Source: Tubulanus polymorphus (lineage: Eukaryota > Animalia > Nemertea). From it: a DNA stretch of 64,000 bases. The position numbers were made by a program, and so were the translations under genes. The notes beneath the pieces were generated by a model that was not told where the DNA came from, searched no databases, and saw only the letters and a program-made list of their open reading frames with translations. Every line of letters starts with the position of its first letter. The stretch's first letter is position 1. Positions 17,588-29,727 of this stretch are shown here, one piece after another. The stretch covers positions 7,962,850-8,026,849 of the forward strand of contig NC_134029.1 in the NCBI RefSeq assembly GCF_964204645.1, given 5' to 3'.

Positions 17588-18517
17588 TCATTTTGAAAAT
17601 AAACTCCTTATCTCTTTTCTGATTTCCTTGCCCGTAATCAAATAAAAGTACAGATTTGCCGAATAGTTTATCATAAGAATGTCGGCGAATACAGTGTAGA
17701 AGTTCTTTAAATCTTGTGAATTGCTCCGGGCAATGATAGGGTTGATTATGTTAATGGGAAATGTCGTGACCAAGAAGACGAAGCACAGTAACAGAACCAA
17801 TCTGGTTATCTGGTTTGAGTTTTTCGATGCTTTGGTCGATTCTAAGTTGCCTTGTTTTCTTAATAAAGTGACTGATGTTATAGCAGATAGGATGGCTATC
17901 GAACAGAATGGACCCATCGCAAGGAACAACGAAGTAAACAGGGGCCTGATGATATGGCTCTGACCACTGTTGATGCAACCAATATCGCTGACGCTGATAG
18001 TCACAAATAAATAACTGTATATCAGTGCTGCAGAACAGAATACGGCGGTACACAATGTCGAAGTAAATTTCGGTCTCCATAAACGTGGACCTTTAAACGG
18101 AAAGCGAACCACGCACATTCGTTCCATGGCCACTAGAACCAACGTCCACGGACTGACAGTTAAAGCCACTACTGTGAAATACTCAAAAAATATACATTGA
18201 ATTCGCGTCGACGGTTTGACCAGGAGTCTCCCGTAAAAAGCGTAAGAGGTGATGTTGATGTACTTGAGGGAATACGTGCACAGGACCATAGTATCGCAGA
18301 CGGCCAGCTGAACGAACATCCGACTGAAGGAACGCCGCCAAAGCCTACGTCGACACATGACAACAACGATCAGAAGATTACCGGTAAATCCGAGAATAAA
18401 GCAGAGACCGATGAACACAAGGTAGAACCAGAGATAAGTATCATTTATCGCTGTTGTTACCACTACGACGTATATGTTGGTAGGACTGTGCATTGTCCGG
18501 TTCTGAATTGAAGTCAT
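17588..18517 (-). CDS. Intronless class A (rhodopsin-like) orphan GPCR, peptide-receptor/chemoreceptor-like (~309 aa)
   Basis: Seven hydrophobic segments: TM1 GFTGN, TM2 LAVCD, Cys at top of TM3, DRY variant ERM, TM6 FLVTTFP, TM7 NYSANLYFY, helix 8 GKEIRKEI. First ATG at 18517. Confidence 0.88.
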   Translation of the reverse strand: MTSIQNRTMHSPTNIYVVVVTTAINDTYLWFYLVFIGLCFILGFTGNLLIVVVMCRRRLWRRSFSRMFVQLAVCDTMVLCTYSLKYINITSYAFYGRLLVKPSTRIQCIFFEYFTVVALTVSPWTLVLVAMERMCVVRFPFKGPRLWRPKFTSTLCTAVFCSAALIYSYLFVTISVSDIGCINSGQSHIIRPLFTSLFLAMGPFCSIAILSAITSVTLLRKQGNLESTKASKNSNQITRLVLLLCFVFLVTTFPINIINPIIARSNSQDLKNFYTVFADILMINYSANLYFYLITGKEIRKEIRSLFSK

Positions 18518-20786
18518 TTTGTCTACCGTAAGAACGGAGAAACTGATCACCACTGAGCGAACAAGACGGCAGAGATAATATATGTATAAAATTGCTTGTT
18601 GAAAATTCTAAATTTAGACAAATTTTGATTTAATCTCTGAATTAATCATTAATTGTATTAGTCTTATATTCCATCTCATATTTTCATATTAACGTACCGG
18701 TACATACACACATATACATACACATATATAGTTTCATCTTATCATTTCATATATAAATCTAATCAATTGCATTGAAAAGAAATGCTGTTTTTCTTCTATT
18801 TCTACATCGCGAGAAGGAACACGAAATACAGAGAAAATGATATGGATTACAAGATTTATGAATCAAATACACAATAATTGAATATATGAATGTAATTGAA
18901 ATAACATTGTGTTATAATAAAACCTTCTATTCAAAGTGTGAAATCTGTAATATAACATTAAGTCAACTGATTGAGGGATTTATTATCAATTTCATTCATC
19001 AGTAAATACATTCATCATTTTGTTTAAAAGAGTCCATCATAAAACAGTATTCATATCATAAAAGTATTTCAACGGTGAGGTCATAAGACAGAAATTCAAT
19101 TCCCTTTTCTTCGAGGTGTGAAGTTTATACGACACCTACCAGTATTTTTCGAACAAGGGCTCGTAAAAAACAGATCTTGACCGTTTTTCTAACTTCATAA
19201 GGTGCTAAGAATTTGATTTTCGGTCGATGGTTTAAACCGTCGAGACAGTTACAGCTATTATCACGGTGAAAAATATCTCTCACTCTCTCACGCGTACACA
19301 ATCACATAAGATGGGTATTAAATGGTGGATTTGGATACTTTTGTCTGCTGATTTTAGATGCAGGCAAGTTTATAGTGATATCTATAGAAAATTGTCGTTT
19401 AATGGGATAGGTGGACGAATTTTATCTTAACTTTTGGGTTGAACTTATTGCGGACGAAGCCAAGATTGTGGGCTATAAGATTGTGGTGAGGATACTTTTT
19501 AGATCGTAGATTATTCGTGTATTTTCGTCAATCGATAAAATGGTAGATAATTTCAATTCTATCCGTAAATTCAATTAACATTATTTGCATAAACTGTTGC
19601 GAAGAAGCTCATATTGTCAGGTCAGGAGTTAATCGATAAATGTAAAATAAAATTGAAATGAAAGTCACTAAACTAAGTCCAAGGCGCAGAGGAGCGAAAA
19701 TTGTGCTGCCCCTTCAAATTTTCCCCAGAATAATCGCCCCCAGACAACTGCCAACACGCACATTGCTACCCCCAACCTCGAAAATTTACCCCTGGGGGGA
19801 TTTTTTTTCTTACAGGGAGCAATGCTACCGACCTAAATGTTATGCATGTATAAACGTATAGGGCTAAGGTCACCAAATAATACGGGTTCCAGATAACATT
19901 CAGTTATAATCAGTTTATTTCATGGCGGAATGAGAATCATACAATAATTTTGGCTATTTTCTCTAGATACAGGGTTAGTAACACAGAGTAAGAAGGATAA
20001 ATGGATATTTCGTGGCTTTCATGGAGTCGGCTTATTGCTGCCAAATGGCTCTGATTTCTTTAGTAATCTGTAGTTGACCACCTACAATTAATTACCCACA
20101 CATTGAAATTTCGTTCTCGGGAAAAATTATTCCGTTCGAACAAAAAGTATTTCTTCCACACGAAAAGCATCCGGCGGGGCTCTATAGGCGAACGGCAAAA
20201 TGCAATTTCTGAAAATCATCCGCACGGGATGAATTTGACGCAGCGACTTTGCGTAAGAATTTTTCGCTTTTTGTGCGAGAGCCCTAACTTATCGTTGAAG
20301 TTTATAATAAAACTACAAAAAACAAAAGTACTTGTCTAGCATTAATCATTTCGATTGGTTTTGAATGATATCTTTTTATACACTCCACCTTATTTTTCTG
20401 GGCTTTCTTAACCGAATTTGATTCGAAAAATGCTCACTTCAGCTATTTGTGCAGTCACACATTTTAGTTGGTCAATAGTCTGTCTGAAAATGTTCTCAGC
20501 TTCAAACTTGATGGTTGGAAAAGCCGGGTCACATCGCCATTCCACATACAATCCTAACTCTTATTATAAGAACCTCAAGGCATTTTATGAAATGCAATCT
20601 CTGTGGCATATTTTTTTATTTATCTGTGTCCACACATATAAGGAGAGTATTCTCTTCTACCTAATACCATCACCATGAATAGTATCTTTGATAAAACGCA
20701 ATTTTAATTTTGACTTTATCGCTGGGAATGTGAGAAGTCTATCCTTTTTAAAAGTTTTTCTTTTAATACTGAATCTAGTTTTGCAG

Positions 20787-23700
20787 TGAACAGGACGACA
20801 GCTCAAACGATCCTAAATCGTATCCTTGACCCGACGGTATATCAAAAGTACTACCGTCCTTATGACGGCACAGGTAAGAAAAATGTCCGATAATTATCCA
20901 AATTATTGGGGGAAGTCGATATTGATTCAGAGAAGATTATTTCGTTCCAACGAAAATATATATCTATTTATTATTCAAGAATATTCATCTTCGGGGTTCC
21001 ATATAAAATTCGACCGACGGGCCGACTATATTTGTTTTCAAAATCAATTCCCCTATTTAGTTGCCGGTAGCTGTGGTGGATTTTTAAGGAACACACCAAA
21101 TAGATATAAATCAAATCTATCAACCATATCAACGAGAGGGACAACCATCTCTATTTGAGAAAACGAATACTTAACAAACCTTAAGCCTACTAAATCGTCT
21201 TCGAAATAAAGGGCCAACTTTTTAATTATAATTTCGCAAAACTGCATGTATTGCAACAAAAACCTTTCGACAAATCGTTTCCCTTTGCCAGTGCCGACGT
21301 CCTGAGCACCAACAAAATATATTTAAATTCCTGTCCGCTATCCAACTCCGTTTACCTTTTGACTTCGGCTCATAAAATTTGAAATTAAAATGTCAACTGC
21401 TTTTACATAGCCACCCAGACCTGACTCACGATAACATCCTAATCGTGTCGCAAACAGCTAAATTTATCAATAATAATCTCTAATTCTTTCCAATGACATC
21501 ATACGCTCAATTTTCATATTAACTCAGTGCATATATTTCGTCTTTTTTGTTTCATATCTGTAAAACAAGCCTAAGATGTGCCATGCAGCACTTGATATAT
21601 CATGTATATGATTGTAATCCTTCTTCAACAAATCTAACAAAGACTTATTTGATTAAGAAATAAATAACGAGACGAGTAGTACCACAGGGTAACTATTTAT
21701 CTAACGCACGAACTTTCGCTACGATTAAGAAGCTTCATCAGGTGAATCTAAATCTGGTCAACACGGCTACTCTACGAATCTTGATTAAAAAAACAAGTCT
21801 GATTTTAACAAAATTGGCTATCATAAGATAAATGCAATCTGAAGTAACGAAGAATTTAGTGCATACTGCGCCCATTTATACGGTATATATCTCAGGGTAT
21901 TATGGGCTTGATGTATAAGCATCCATCATATTCATATTTTACGGAAACAATGTATAGAAACTGTAAAATTGTTTCGTCTTTTCTAGCTAAACCTGTTGCG
22001 GTTAGCCTTAACTATCATATAATTTCTATAAGTCACGTGGATAGCTCTAACATGGTAAGCATATCTAAAAAATAACGCACAAAGTTCGATTTCGCTGATT
22101 CGATCAGAAAAAAACATGTTTAAAATTCATTCTAAAGTTGATTAGAGAAAAGTTCACAAATAAACGGTCACATTTTTAAAGTATGTCTGTAATATACGAA
22201 GATAAAATATATCAAAAGCTATGGTGGCTGATAAGGGCCATGAAAATATCTCTCGACGAAAATTTTTTATTTTTCATAACGAAATTATTTTCACTACGAA
22301 TATCTCGAATATCTTCCATAGTTGAATCATTATCACTCACGTGAATATTTCGAAGGCGATTTTCTTTCATAACGAAATAATTTAACTAATACAGTACGAA
22401 ATATTGTCTTTTATCTGCCACCATAGACCATAGATGTGGTTTGTGATATTTGGACGTGTACTGTGAAAGGCAGAAAATGTATCACGTTCTTTTGTTCAAT
22501 TTGCTTAATCTCAGGAATATCAGATGAACATGTTAGTGAGGCATTACTGGCATGACCCGCGCCTAGCGTATCAGCACTACAACGATTTTATCACCGTACA
22601 CGCGAACATGCGAAATGAACTGTGGCTGCCAGATACGTTCTTTTCAAACGAGAAAAAAGCCCTTCGCCACATCGAGACAACTCCGAATGTTCTCCTTAGA
22701 ATCTACCCCAATGGAACTGTATTCTACAGTTTGAGGTAATGATAGATCATTTCCAAGTATGTAATTTCGATGATATAGATTGTTCCGCCAAGTCTGACAT
22801 GGCCAGCTTGACGGCAATGGTTAATTTGAGTGCTCTTTCACTGACCTAAACAAGGCATATACATATATTTTATAGGATTACTTTGACGCTTGCATGTCAC
22901 ATGAACCTTAGGAATTACCCATTGGATACACAACGATGTTACATTTTCGCTGAAAGTTGTAAGTTCCATCATCCCCTCTGCATTTCTGTAACGTAAAAAT
23001 CCATAATCCTATAGAAACAGCTCTTATGCGCTCCACAAGATGCTGTCAATCTAAAGATGTGTATTCCATATTCCAAAGTTTCGGAGCATAGTTCGAGAAG
23101 GCTATGCTACCTTATCAGTTCACTTTGCGTTAGAAAAGTTGTCGAGCCTTAGTTGCTTCAATAAGTTATTTTGTTTAGATGCGTTTACTATGAAAGAGGT
23201 AACGATGAAATGGTTTGGCGGTGCTGTGGAACATAACAGAGTGGAAGGTCTGACCCTTCCAGCTTATACAGTCGCTGAGATTCGAGCCGGAGAGTGTCAC
23301 ACTCACTATTCGTCGGGTACGTCCAACCCAGTTGTGACAGACGTCTAGACCATATAGATGAAAAAGCCTTTTGTAGCCGTAGATCTAGAATCCAATCTTT
23401 AATTACATCTAAAAGAATTGATATCAAAATGGAAAACAAAGTGAAGAAACTAGCGGCAAATTTCAAATGATGATTTTGTATTAAAGGTGGTAGGCCTACC
23501 GATATTCTATAGAGATAATATTGTCCATCTATCATATGGTGTCTGATTCGGGCCATACTAAAAAGATTTTCTGTAGGTTAGAGGAACTATAAGAACATTG
23601 TAACATTTGCCCGTTTTTTGTTTTCTCGCGCGAGAAAACAAAACATTTTGGTTTCGAATTGTTTTGTGAACAGCGAGAGGCTAAATAAAAAATCTTTAAT

Positions 23701-25398
23701 TAAGATTGGCCTACTTTTTGTTTTCTTGCGCGATAAAAAACTTGAACTAGGAATTCTCACGCGAGAAAACCAAAATGTTTTGTTTTCTCAAAACAAACAA
23801 AAGAATGGACCAATGTGAACATTTTTATCGTCCGTTTTTATCTTTAGCCGTTCAGGTCAATTGTTTAGTATCGCCCGAATCAGCCACCATAATATACAGA
23901 TCCAAATCAACCTCAGAAAAATCTCAAGTACATAAACTCGAAGATATTCTTATATTAATGTATGAAGTTGTATTCAAACGCGACTGAATATCGGCATCAC
24001 CCATCTTTGATTTCGTACATGCAGGTTCGTATCCTTGTCTAGTGGCAGAATTCTCATTCGAACGCCGGATAGGTTACTTCCTGATTCAGGTGTACATACC
24101 CAGCGGATTGGTGGTAGTGTTATCATTCGTTTCATTTTGGATTGATATCAGCGCCATACCGGCCCGAGTCGCTTTAGGCAAGTATACGCTTTCATTTTCT
24201 ACTATGGTGCAAATACTTTATAACTGCAAATTATTATCGAAAGACAGAGATTATCGCAACAAAGCTTCCATTTTGAAGAACATTCGTGAATTATCATTGT
24301 TGAATTATCCGTGGCAGTTATAGAATAATATGAATGATATCATGCTTACTTAGTCAAAGTGTTTACACTTAATTAGGTGTTTACAATTAATAAGGAACAA
24401 AATTATTATTACAGATGGCGTTACGTTTTGTTTTTCACAATACACTTAATACAGTTTCCCATCGATGATTTTAGAATTCATAGCAAGTTTTTGCACGCCT
24501 TTTGGCCTCGTTCAATGGCTTTCTTTCTTAGTGGTAGTTTTACAGCAAATATAGCGTTTTAGTTTGTGTGTGCTATCATTATACAGAAAATATGTAATAG
24601 GGTTATATTAAAGAATAGTAAGTATTGAAGTGTAAAAGGCAGTTTTATTTTTCAAGGTATAATGACCGTGTTAACGATAACCACACAAAGTTCGTCAGTG
24701 CGCGCGGTTCTACCTCATGTGTCCTACGTGAAAGCTATCGATGTTTGGATGTCGGCGTGTCTCGCATTTACTTTAGCTACGATTATCGAATTCGCTATAT
24801 CCAGCTACTTTTTTCGCGCGGACAAAGACTCGGCAGTCATAAAGACGACCGACAAAACTAAGGCAACAACGACCGACAAAGACGACAAAAACGCATCAGC
24901 TGTAAGTTCGTCTGTTTTTACATTTACTCCTTATGTACTCTCTAACTTGAGACTATCCTCTTCAGGGGTTCGAGAATCTGATTGTAACGAATGACTGGCC
25001 CCACCGAACCCAGGCAAAGAATAATTTTTTTAGTGTATTGGAAACACACTGTCAACAGAAAATATAATCTATTCTTGCTTTTTTAGAATCGGCCATCAGC
25101 GGACTGCAACCACAGTGAACTAAATCTATCGGTCACTGATAGTGGAATTATCGTCGACGGCAAGAATCCGAAGTCAACAACTCCTCGACCTCAGCAGCTA
25201 CAACATTCCATACCTGGCTATATAAAAAGCCTCTCAAGATCTGATTTGATGGAATTCAGCTCAAGATTCATTTTCTTCGGAGCTTTTACCGTATTTACCA
25301 TCATATACTGGAGTTATTACTTATTGAATTCTCGCATCGACAATTCACGAGATACGTATGAAAATGTGATCACTGTATTCAAACAAGCACCCGTTTAA
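20787..25398 (+). CDS. Cys-loop ligand-gated chloride channel subunit, glycine-receptor-like; signal-peptide exon(s) unresolved (candidate 19311-19363)
   Basis: Exons 20787-20873, 21987-22054, 22515-22735, 22876-22958, 23179-23316, 24025-24177, 24657-24901 and 25087-25398. Sizes 68/221/83/138/153 nt match the GABA-A/GlyR layout. Motifs: LWLPDTFFSNEK, Cys-loop CHMNLRNYPLDTQRC, second loop-C Cys pair CHTHYSSGSYPC, M2 PARVALGIMTVLT, YVKAIDVWM, M4 ..FTIIYW. Confidence 0.93.
21706..21744 (-). ncRNA. Minimal type I hammerhead ribozyme motif (Penelope-like remnant)
   Basis: Minus strand reads cac-CTGATGA-a-gct-tcttaatcgt-agc-GAAA-gtTC-gtg: intact core, 3-bp stem I, short stem II, truncated stem III. 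Confidence 0.55.
22220..22425. mobile_element. MITE in channel intron
   Basis: TIRs tatggtggctgataa / ttatctgccaccata with internal cataacgaaa repeats. Confidence 0.65.
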
Positions 25399-25780
25399 AA
25401 AAAACCATACGTGGACGCTGTTTTCACGTGAGTTTCACTGGAGCCGACCATTCTTAACAGTGAATTGGACAATCGATCCTAAAACGTCGCCGATATTTTA
25501 TCATTTTCATAGCGATAAAAGACGATTTGACTTCGACTTCAATAATCGCGTCTCTTTAATCTATATAGGCAGAACATTTATTTCAATCGTTCTCCAATGA
25601 TTCAAAAACAATTAATACGCATGCGTGTAAATTAATTGCTTATTATATGATTGTAATGTTTTTAAATGAGTTTTACTTTTAGTTTCGGCAATTTAACGGT
25701 TTCATTTTTCCATATTCACCTTTCTTAAAAATGAATAAAACGAGCTTCTAAGATGGTAACGTTTGATTTATTCGTTGGTT

Positions 25781-25990
25781 CTATGGCATTGTCGGCATAC
25801 AATCCGGTCCACACTCGTTAAAATAGTGTTCCGTGTTGGAGCAACATTCTTCGTGCGAAACACCCGGCCCGATGCAACCTTGAACGATGCAAACGTAACA
25901 AGCGTTATTCTCGGCCGCGTTTGAGCAGCCTTGAACTCCAGTAGCGACGAACAGCAATCCAGTAAGCAAAACCAATCGCTTGAATCCCAT
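25781..25990 (-). CDS. Secreted cysteine-rich peptide (toxin/neuropeptide/defence-peptide-like), 69 aa, single coding exon
   Basis: Signal peptide MGFKRLVLLTGLLFVATGVQG followed by a 48-aa mature region with 8 Cys (C-x8-C-x2-C-x4-C-x9-CC-x9-C-x3-C). A recognisable paralog lies at 35746-36076. Confidence 0.8.
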   Translation of the reverse strand: MGFKRLVLLTGLLFVATGVQGCSNAAENNACYVCIVQGCIGPGVSHEECCSNTEHYFNECGPDCMPTMP

Positions 25991-26329
25991 GTTGAATGTT
26001 GATTTGTCCTAAAATGAATACGTAAAATATCAATATGCGTCGAAATAGAGACCAAATGAGTCTGCATTAAGATTTATCGAAATATAAATTTGAAATGTCA
26101 CTGAGCGAATTATCCTGAATGAGGGCTTCCAGATCCCCCTTTCGTAACTCGAGGATAGTACCCCTTTTTAGCGATCATTGCCCCTTATTTCGGGTGCTAC
26201 CCTTCAAGCTCTGGATCCGCCCTTGTGGAGGGAGACTATAAAATACCTCTTATTTGCAATCAACAGAAAATACAAACTTGGCTGAATGAAATATAACAAA
26301 GTTACTAACAATACATATATGTACACTAT

Positions 26330-26580
26330 TTACCACATACTAATTATTGGAGGTATATATACATCTAAACCTTTCTTTATGAATTTTGCAAAGTGGATTG
26401 TAGGATTTTTCAGAATATCATTAATTAGATTGTAATTAAAAATAAAATGTAATTCATCGCCTAAAACATCACAAGCGGAACATAATCTTTCATTTCTATT
26501 TAACTGAAAGTGTGATAATTCATTTACAGGCAAAAGGTACCCAATTCTGAATTCGAATAAGTTTATTACTAACCTGCATG
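26330..26580 (-). mobile_element. Non-LTR retrotransposon ORF2 C-terminal remnant
   Basis: NERLCSACDVLGDELHFIF matches the degenerate CCHC zinc-knuckle tail of LINE ORF2. Confidence 0.7.
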
Positions 26581-27343
26581 ATGTGACGTTCCCATCGACG
26601 GTCGTTTGGCGAATCTTCAAAAACAAATTCGCCTATTATATAGTTGTTTGAATCAGATAAAAAAATACGATATGATAAACAGCTACGAAACACAACTGGT
26701 TATCAACTTCCCATCTTGCGAGTCTATCCGCCTCAGAAGATTTGTATTCAGCGATATTCAAATATGGCGATACCGATATTTGAATATCATCACCATCGAG
26801 AATCTATTGGAATATATAAATGTAAAACAGGATTCTGAAGACTTGAAATATATTTGAAGTGTCTGTGTTGTCACGATATTCGGCTTTTTTCAAAGAATCG
26901 ACTAAACTTGCAAAAAACTAAGATAATTTCAGCCTTCGGCAATTATCGGCAATAGGCACCTAAAGAACGCCTTTTCCTAAATGTTCACGGAACTACAAAA
27001 AAAGGACACCGTCCATTCCAAGACAACAAAGGCAAAAAATAAAAAATATACAAATAAACGGAATATTTTATCAAGACAGAATATAATAGACCTTATTCAC
27101 TGATATCATGAGTACTATTCACATGCGTCATATTGGCCGTCAACTGCGACTTCTATACTTCAGATAGTTGCTTGCGCTTGGCAGCCAGTATGACGCGATG
27201 TGACTTCAGACGAACAGGGTTTATTATATATATGCGACACATAAACATATCATAAACATATATAGGTCAATATCAGCGCAGCGTCAACGTGTACATTGCC
27301 CATTACTGTTATATTGATCAACACTGAATCATATATATCAAAC

Positions 27344-28529
27344 ATGTCTGAGTATAAGATACGAAAAGCGGTAAAAGAGGACTGCAAATGTATCCTCGGT
27401 TACATTAAGGTAAGGAAACGATAACCTTCGACAAGAGATTCAGATAAGGTACTTGCACCTTAGTGATTGAACGCGTCAATTCTGTCGTATGATTCAATTT
27501 TCATTCAATGATTATACGTTCCGTTTGTTATGTGTTGGATTATTTGCAGGAATTAGCAGAATTTGAAAAAATGTTGGACGATGTGAAGATATCGTCTGAA
27601 GGTATGTTTTTATGATATATTATACAATATCACATTTTTGTTTCTCGCTTGATAGATATATAGACCTTTAAATGCATGAAAAACGGTATTCATAGCACTT
27701 GACGTGCATCAGCCCAGCTATACATGCAGATTCGTTTATATTTCAATTCAGATTTAGAGCGAGATGGATTCGGTGATAAACCGCTTTACCAATGCCTAGT
27801 GGCGGAGGAAAATACAGGTAAAATACAACATCTAATGAACTATAGAGTGGAACCTCGTTACAACGAACTTCACCGGACCAGAAAATATGTTCGTTAGAAA
27901 CGATAGTTCGTTAAAATCAGTGTGAAATTGATTACATTTTCTTACTTGAGATGAAATTTTATAATTGTTATATCCGATGAATCGTTGTATTCGAGTTCTT
28001 TATAATGGGGTTTCACCGCAAATACTAACATTGAATATACACACAGTTCTACGTGTACTAATTTTTTGATAACCGTATGGTAATTAATTGTAGGCAATAA
28101 AGTAGTGGCTTACTGCTTTTACTATCCCATGTATTCGACATTTGCGGGACGGTCGATTTACTTAGAAGATTTATACGTAACGCCCGAGCATAGGGGGTTT
28201 CGTTTAGCTTCTAGTCTAATCCGTCATTTGAGCAAGGTAAGAATTAAGCCATTTGACGCTGGTTCCAAGATCGTTGACTCTATCTAACCTGACTCTAACC
28301 TAACCAAAAGACCAACCAATCCTTGTAGATCGAGCTGGAAAAAGGGTGCGCAAAAATCAGATTCGCCGTACTGGAATGGAATGAAAGAGCGTATGAAATT
28401 TACAAATATCTGGAAGCGGATGATCTCACGGAAGCGGAACGATGGCGTTTCATGACGTGGAATCAGGAGGCAGTCAAAAAATTGGCGTCTGTCGAACTTC
28501 CTCCAAATATACACGTCGACATGCAATAA
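27344..28529 (+). CDS. SAT2: Diamine/thialysine N-acetyltransferase (SAT1/SAT2-like GNAT), intact copy, 175 aa
   Basis: Exons 27344-27409, 27550-27601, 27752-27817, 28094-28236 and 28329-28529 (528 nt). Motifs IKELAEFEKM, DLERDGFG, YSTFAGRSIYLEDLYV, VLEWN. SAT1 vs SAT2 orthology is not resolved. Confidence 0.88.
27841..28020. mobile_element. Tc1/mariner (pogo/Tigger-like) MITE in SAT intron 3
   Basis: agtggaacctcgttacaacgaac...ataatggggtttcaccg; family copies at 29482-29667 and 31466-31620. Confidence 0.65.
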
Positions 28530-28537
28530 TCTACGCC

Positions 28538-28662
28538 TTTATTAAAACATATAAGGGATATTTCGGGTGGTTACTACCACCCTTCTTCAGTCTAAAAATG
28601 ATTTTTAGACTGAAGAAGGGTGGTAGTAACCACCCGAAATAGCCCTTATATGTTTTAATAAA
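28538..28662. repeat. 61-bp-arm palindrome of a Penelope-like terminus with hammerhead-like cores
   Basis: Arms 28538-28598 and 28602-28662 differ by one mismatch; each contains CTGAAGA-a-gggtggt-agta-accaccc-GAAA. The right arm ends in AATAAA. Confidence 0.85.
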
Positions 28663-28819
28663 CATTTTATCATCTAATTCTTTTATTGTGGGATTTTACT
28701 CGTATCGTTTTATCACGGATATTGTGATATACCATTGATTAATCTACGTCTATTGTGATTAATATTTTGCAATAAACGTTTCTTTTTTTCGTGAATCTCA
28801 ATCTTCTTATCATTACCTA

Positions 28820-29140
28820 TTAAGGACGTACGTATAAGTATTACAAGGTTTAGATAATCTAGCCATGATCTGTTAGTCGAAACTGGACGCTGGGCCAGAC
28901 CCAAGATACCATATGATATAATAATCGTATTTGCAGATGTTGTGATCTGATTGAAGTTGAGGACGAGTACCATTTTGCCTTAATATCTTCTGCATACTCT
29001 GGCTTAAGACTAAGTTATATACCGAGAACGTACTGGACAAACCCGAAGAAAGAAAATTCATCCACTTAATTTCCAGTACAAGTAAATCATACAATCTTTC
29101 CACTTTTCCTAGGAAAGCCTTTGATATACATCTCCAACTA
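28820..29140 (+). mobile_element. LINE (L2/CR1-group-like) ORF2 3' remnant
   Basis: Degenerate translation ITRFR*SSHDLLVETGRWARPKIP..NRICRCCDLIEVEDEYHF..LRLSYIP. Confidence 0.75.
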
Positions 29141-29727
29141 ATGAAGGGGTAATCTAATTATGTGCTGTGTGACCACATAGATGCACATCATGTATTCAAT
29201 GCATTTATATACTTGAATTATCTTCATGTATCCGCCATACAGTATTACGTAATTGTGTTGTATCATAGAAAAATTTGTTTTTTGATATATTAAACTTATA
29301 ATGATAATAATATATTTCATTATGACATCTTATATACCTATAAGTACCTTTTAAATGACGCTTACGGATGCACGCGTGTCTCACAATTCGCTGCCAGCCT
29401 ATGGGGGTGTCAAATTTTTGACTTGTTTTAAAAAAACGTCTTGTTTGAGATATGATTTACCATCTACAACTTCCTTACAATTACGGTGGAACCTCGTTAC
29501 AACGAACTTCACGGGACCAAAAAATATGTTCGTTGTAACCAATATTTCGTTTCATCCAGTATGAAAATGATTAAATTTTCTTACTTGGAATGAAAATCAT
29601 AATCTATATTTGTTATATCCGGATGAATCGTTGTATCCGAATTCGTTATAACGAGGTTGCACTGTAATTCCAACGCAAAATAAAATACATTGTTGTCTCC
29701 AGCTCCCATATCAGCGGTAACTCTGTT

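Noticed and set aside
20826-21259. ORFs of 110 and 68 aa in a channel intron
   Set aside because: Wrong frame or intronic; no family recognised.
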